DNA of 64,000 nucleotides from Malacoraja senta (Eukaryota), in the NCBI GenBank assembly GCA_038087875.1, contig CM075992.1, positions 12,340,001 to 12,404,000 of the forward strand. The letters are read 5' to 3'. Below the pieces are notes generated by a model that worked only from the letters and a program-made list of their open reading frames with translations, did not search any database and was not told where the DNA came from. The position numbers and the translations under genes were made by a program. Below are positions 63,236 through 64,000 of the stretch, piece after piece; the stretch's first letter is position 1; each line of letters begins with the position of its first letter.

Positions 63236-63794
63236 ATTGGCTTCACTCAGAGCCTCCTGGCCCCAACTCCGTCCGCACTCCGGCTCCAATCCTCAGCCTC
63301 ACGCAGCGGCTCTGGGCCCCAGATCTGGCCTCCTCACTCTACGGCTCCCAACCCCGGCTCCAGATTCACTCACGGCTCCTGGCCCTGGCCGCACTCAGCG
63401 GCTCCCGGCTCCTGCATCAATCACCAGCCTCGGCCACACACAGTGGCTCTACCAACTCTCCACACTCTGCTCACTCCGCTCCTTCAGCTTTATTCTCCTC
63501 GCCACCAGTGATTGACAGCGGGTGCTAGAAGGGGCGTTGCCGTCCTGGCGACTGACAGGCGAGGAGACCAATCTGCTGACAGAAGATGAGACCAATCACC
63601 GCATGCGCGGTTATTACGATTTTTAAACCTTAATAACTTATACCATCGATTGGAACAAAACTAGTAGCACTTTCACCACAGGAGAATGGTGAGTAAGGTT
63701 AGCAAAATATTGTAGCACTATCGTGTTCCAGTTTTGCGCAAATGCAAAAACAACACAAAGCGGTAGAGCACGAGATCAGAGTTTTAGTTATGTA

Positions 63795-64000
63795 CTAGAC
63801 TATTGGGTCCCAGTCACACAGGGGGTGTGGGAGAGGGGGGTATGGGAGAGGGGATGTGTGGGGGAGGGATGTGTGTGGGAGTGGTTGTGGGTGACGGGGG
63901 TGGGGGAGGTGGGATGTGGGGGAGGGGGGTGGGTGGCAGAGTGGGGAGGGGGGTATGGGGAGGGGGAGGGGAGGGGTGTGTGTGGGGGAGGTGGGGTGTG
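63795..64000 (-). mobile_element. 3' end of a second Helitron-family element
   Basis: CTAGACTA..TTGGGTCCCAG matches the terminus at 8472 with half the hairpin deleted; followed by G-rich sequence. Confidence 0.6.

Larger units (their letters stand above)
54930..63794 (-). mobile_element. Decayed autonomous Helitron (zinc finger, Rep, PIF1 helicase) with nested DIRS and SINE-like insertions
   Basis: Collinear motifs: CPQCRAYHFSGETTFCC, FLQIYF, YYAYRIM..HLLRGG, NQASLR..GPRYM..FITMTCN, AEIPD, GGTGKT, GLPPH. 5' end TACATAACTAAAACTC near 63794; 3' terminus not found. Confidence 0.9.

Noticed and set aside
62509..63528. Extensin-like Pro/His and Gly/Val/Cys ORFs
   Set aside because: Products of the G-rich low-complexity tract; only ~62179-62560 is recognisable Helitron coding sequence.

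Overview
Vertebrate genomic DNA made almost entirely of nested repeats. The HE1 V-SINE plus CR1/HER1 LINE content suggests a cartilaginous fish, possibly a skate or ray. Host-gene signal is sparse: one calcium-binding EGF exon of ADGRE/CD97 type (minus, 2017-2169), a probable signal-peptide exon (plus, 27226-27275) and a possible upstream non-coding exon/promoter (~20650-20969). Mobile elements: the 5' end of an endogenous retrovirus (LTR, tRNA-Ser-like PBS, open gag running off the left edge), Penelope-like elements with hammerhead-ribozyme core motifs, many CR1 fragments, L1, L2, Rex1/Babar, a Tc1 with an intact DD34E transposase, two Harbinger-like MITEs, and a decayed autonomous Helitron containing a DIRS element. 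29377-43248 and 43449-57091 are near-identical copies abutting a 200-N gap, most likely two haplotypes assembled in tandem; they differ by a palindromic Penelope-derived insertion. Older rearrangements are also readable: a ~1.7-kb duplication bracketing an L1, a templated insertion between inverted CR1 copies, and a paralogous empty site for a Helitron. Boundaries of decayed repeats are approximate.
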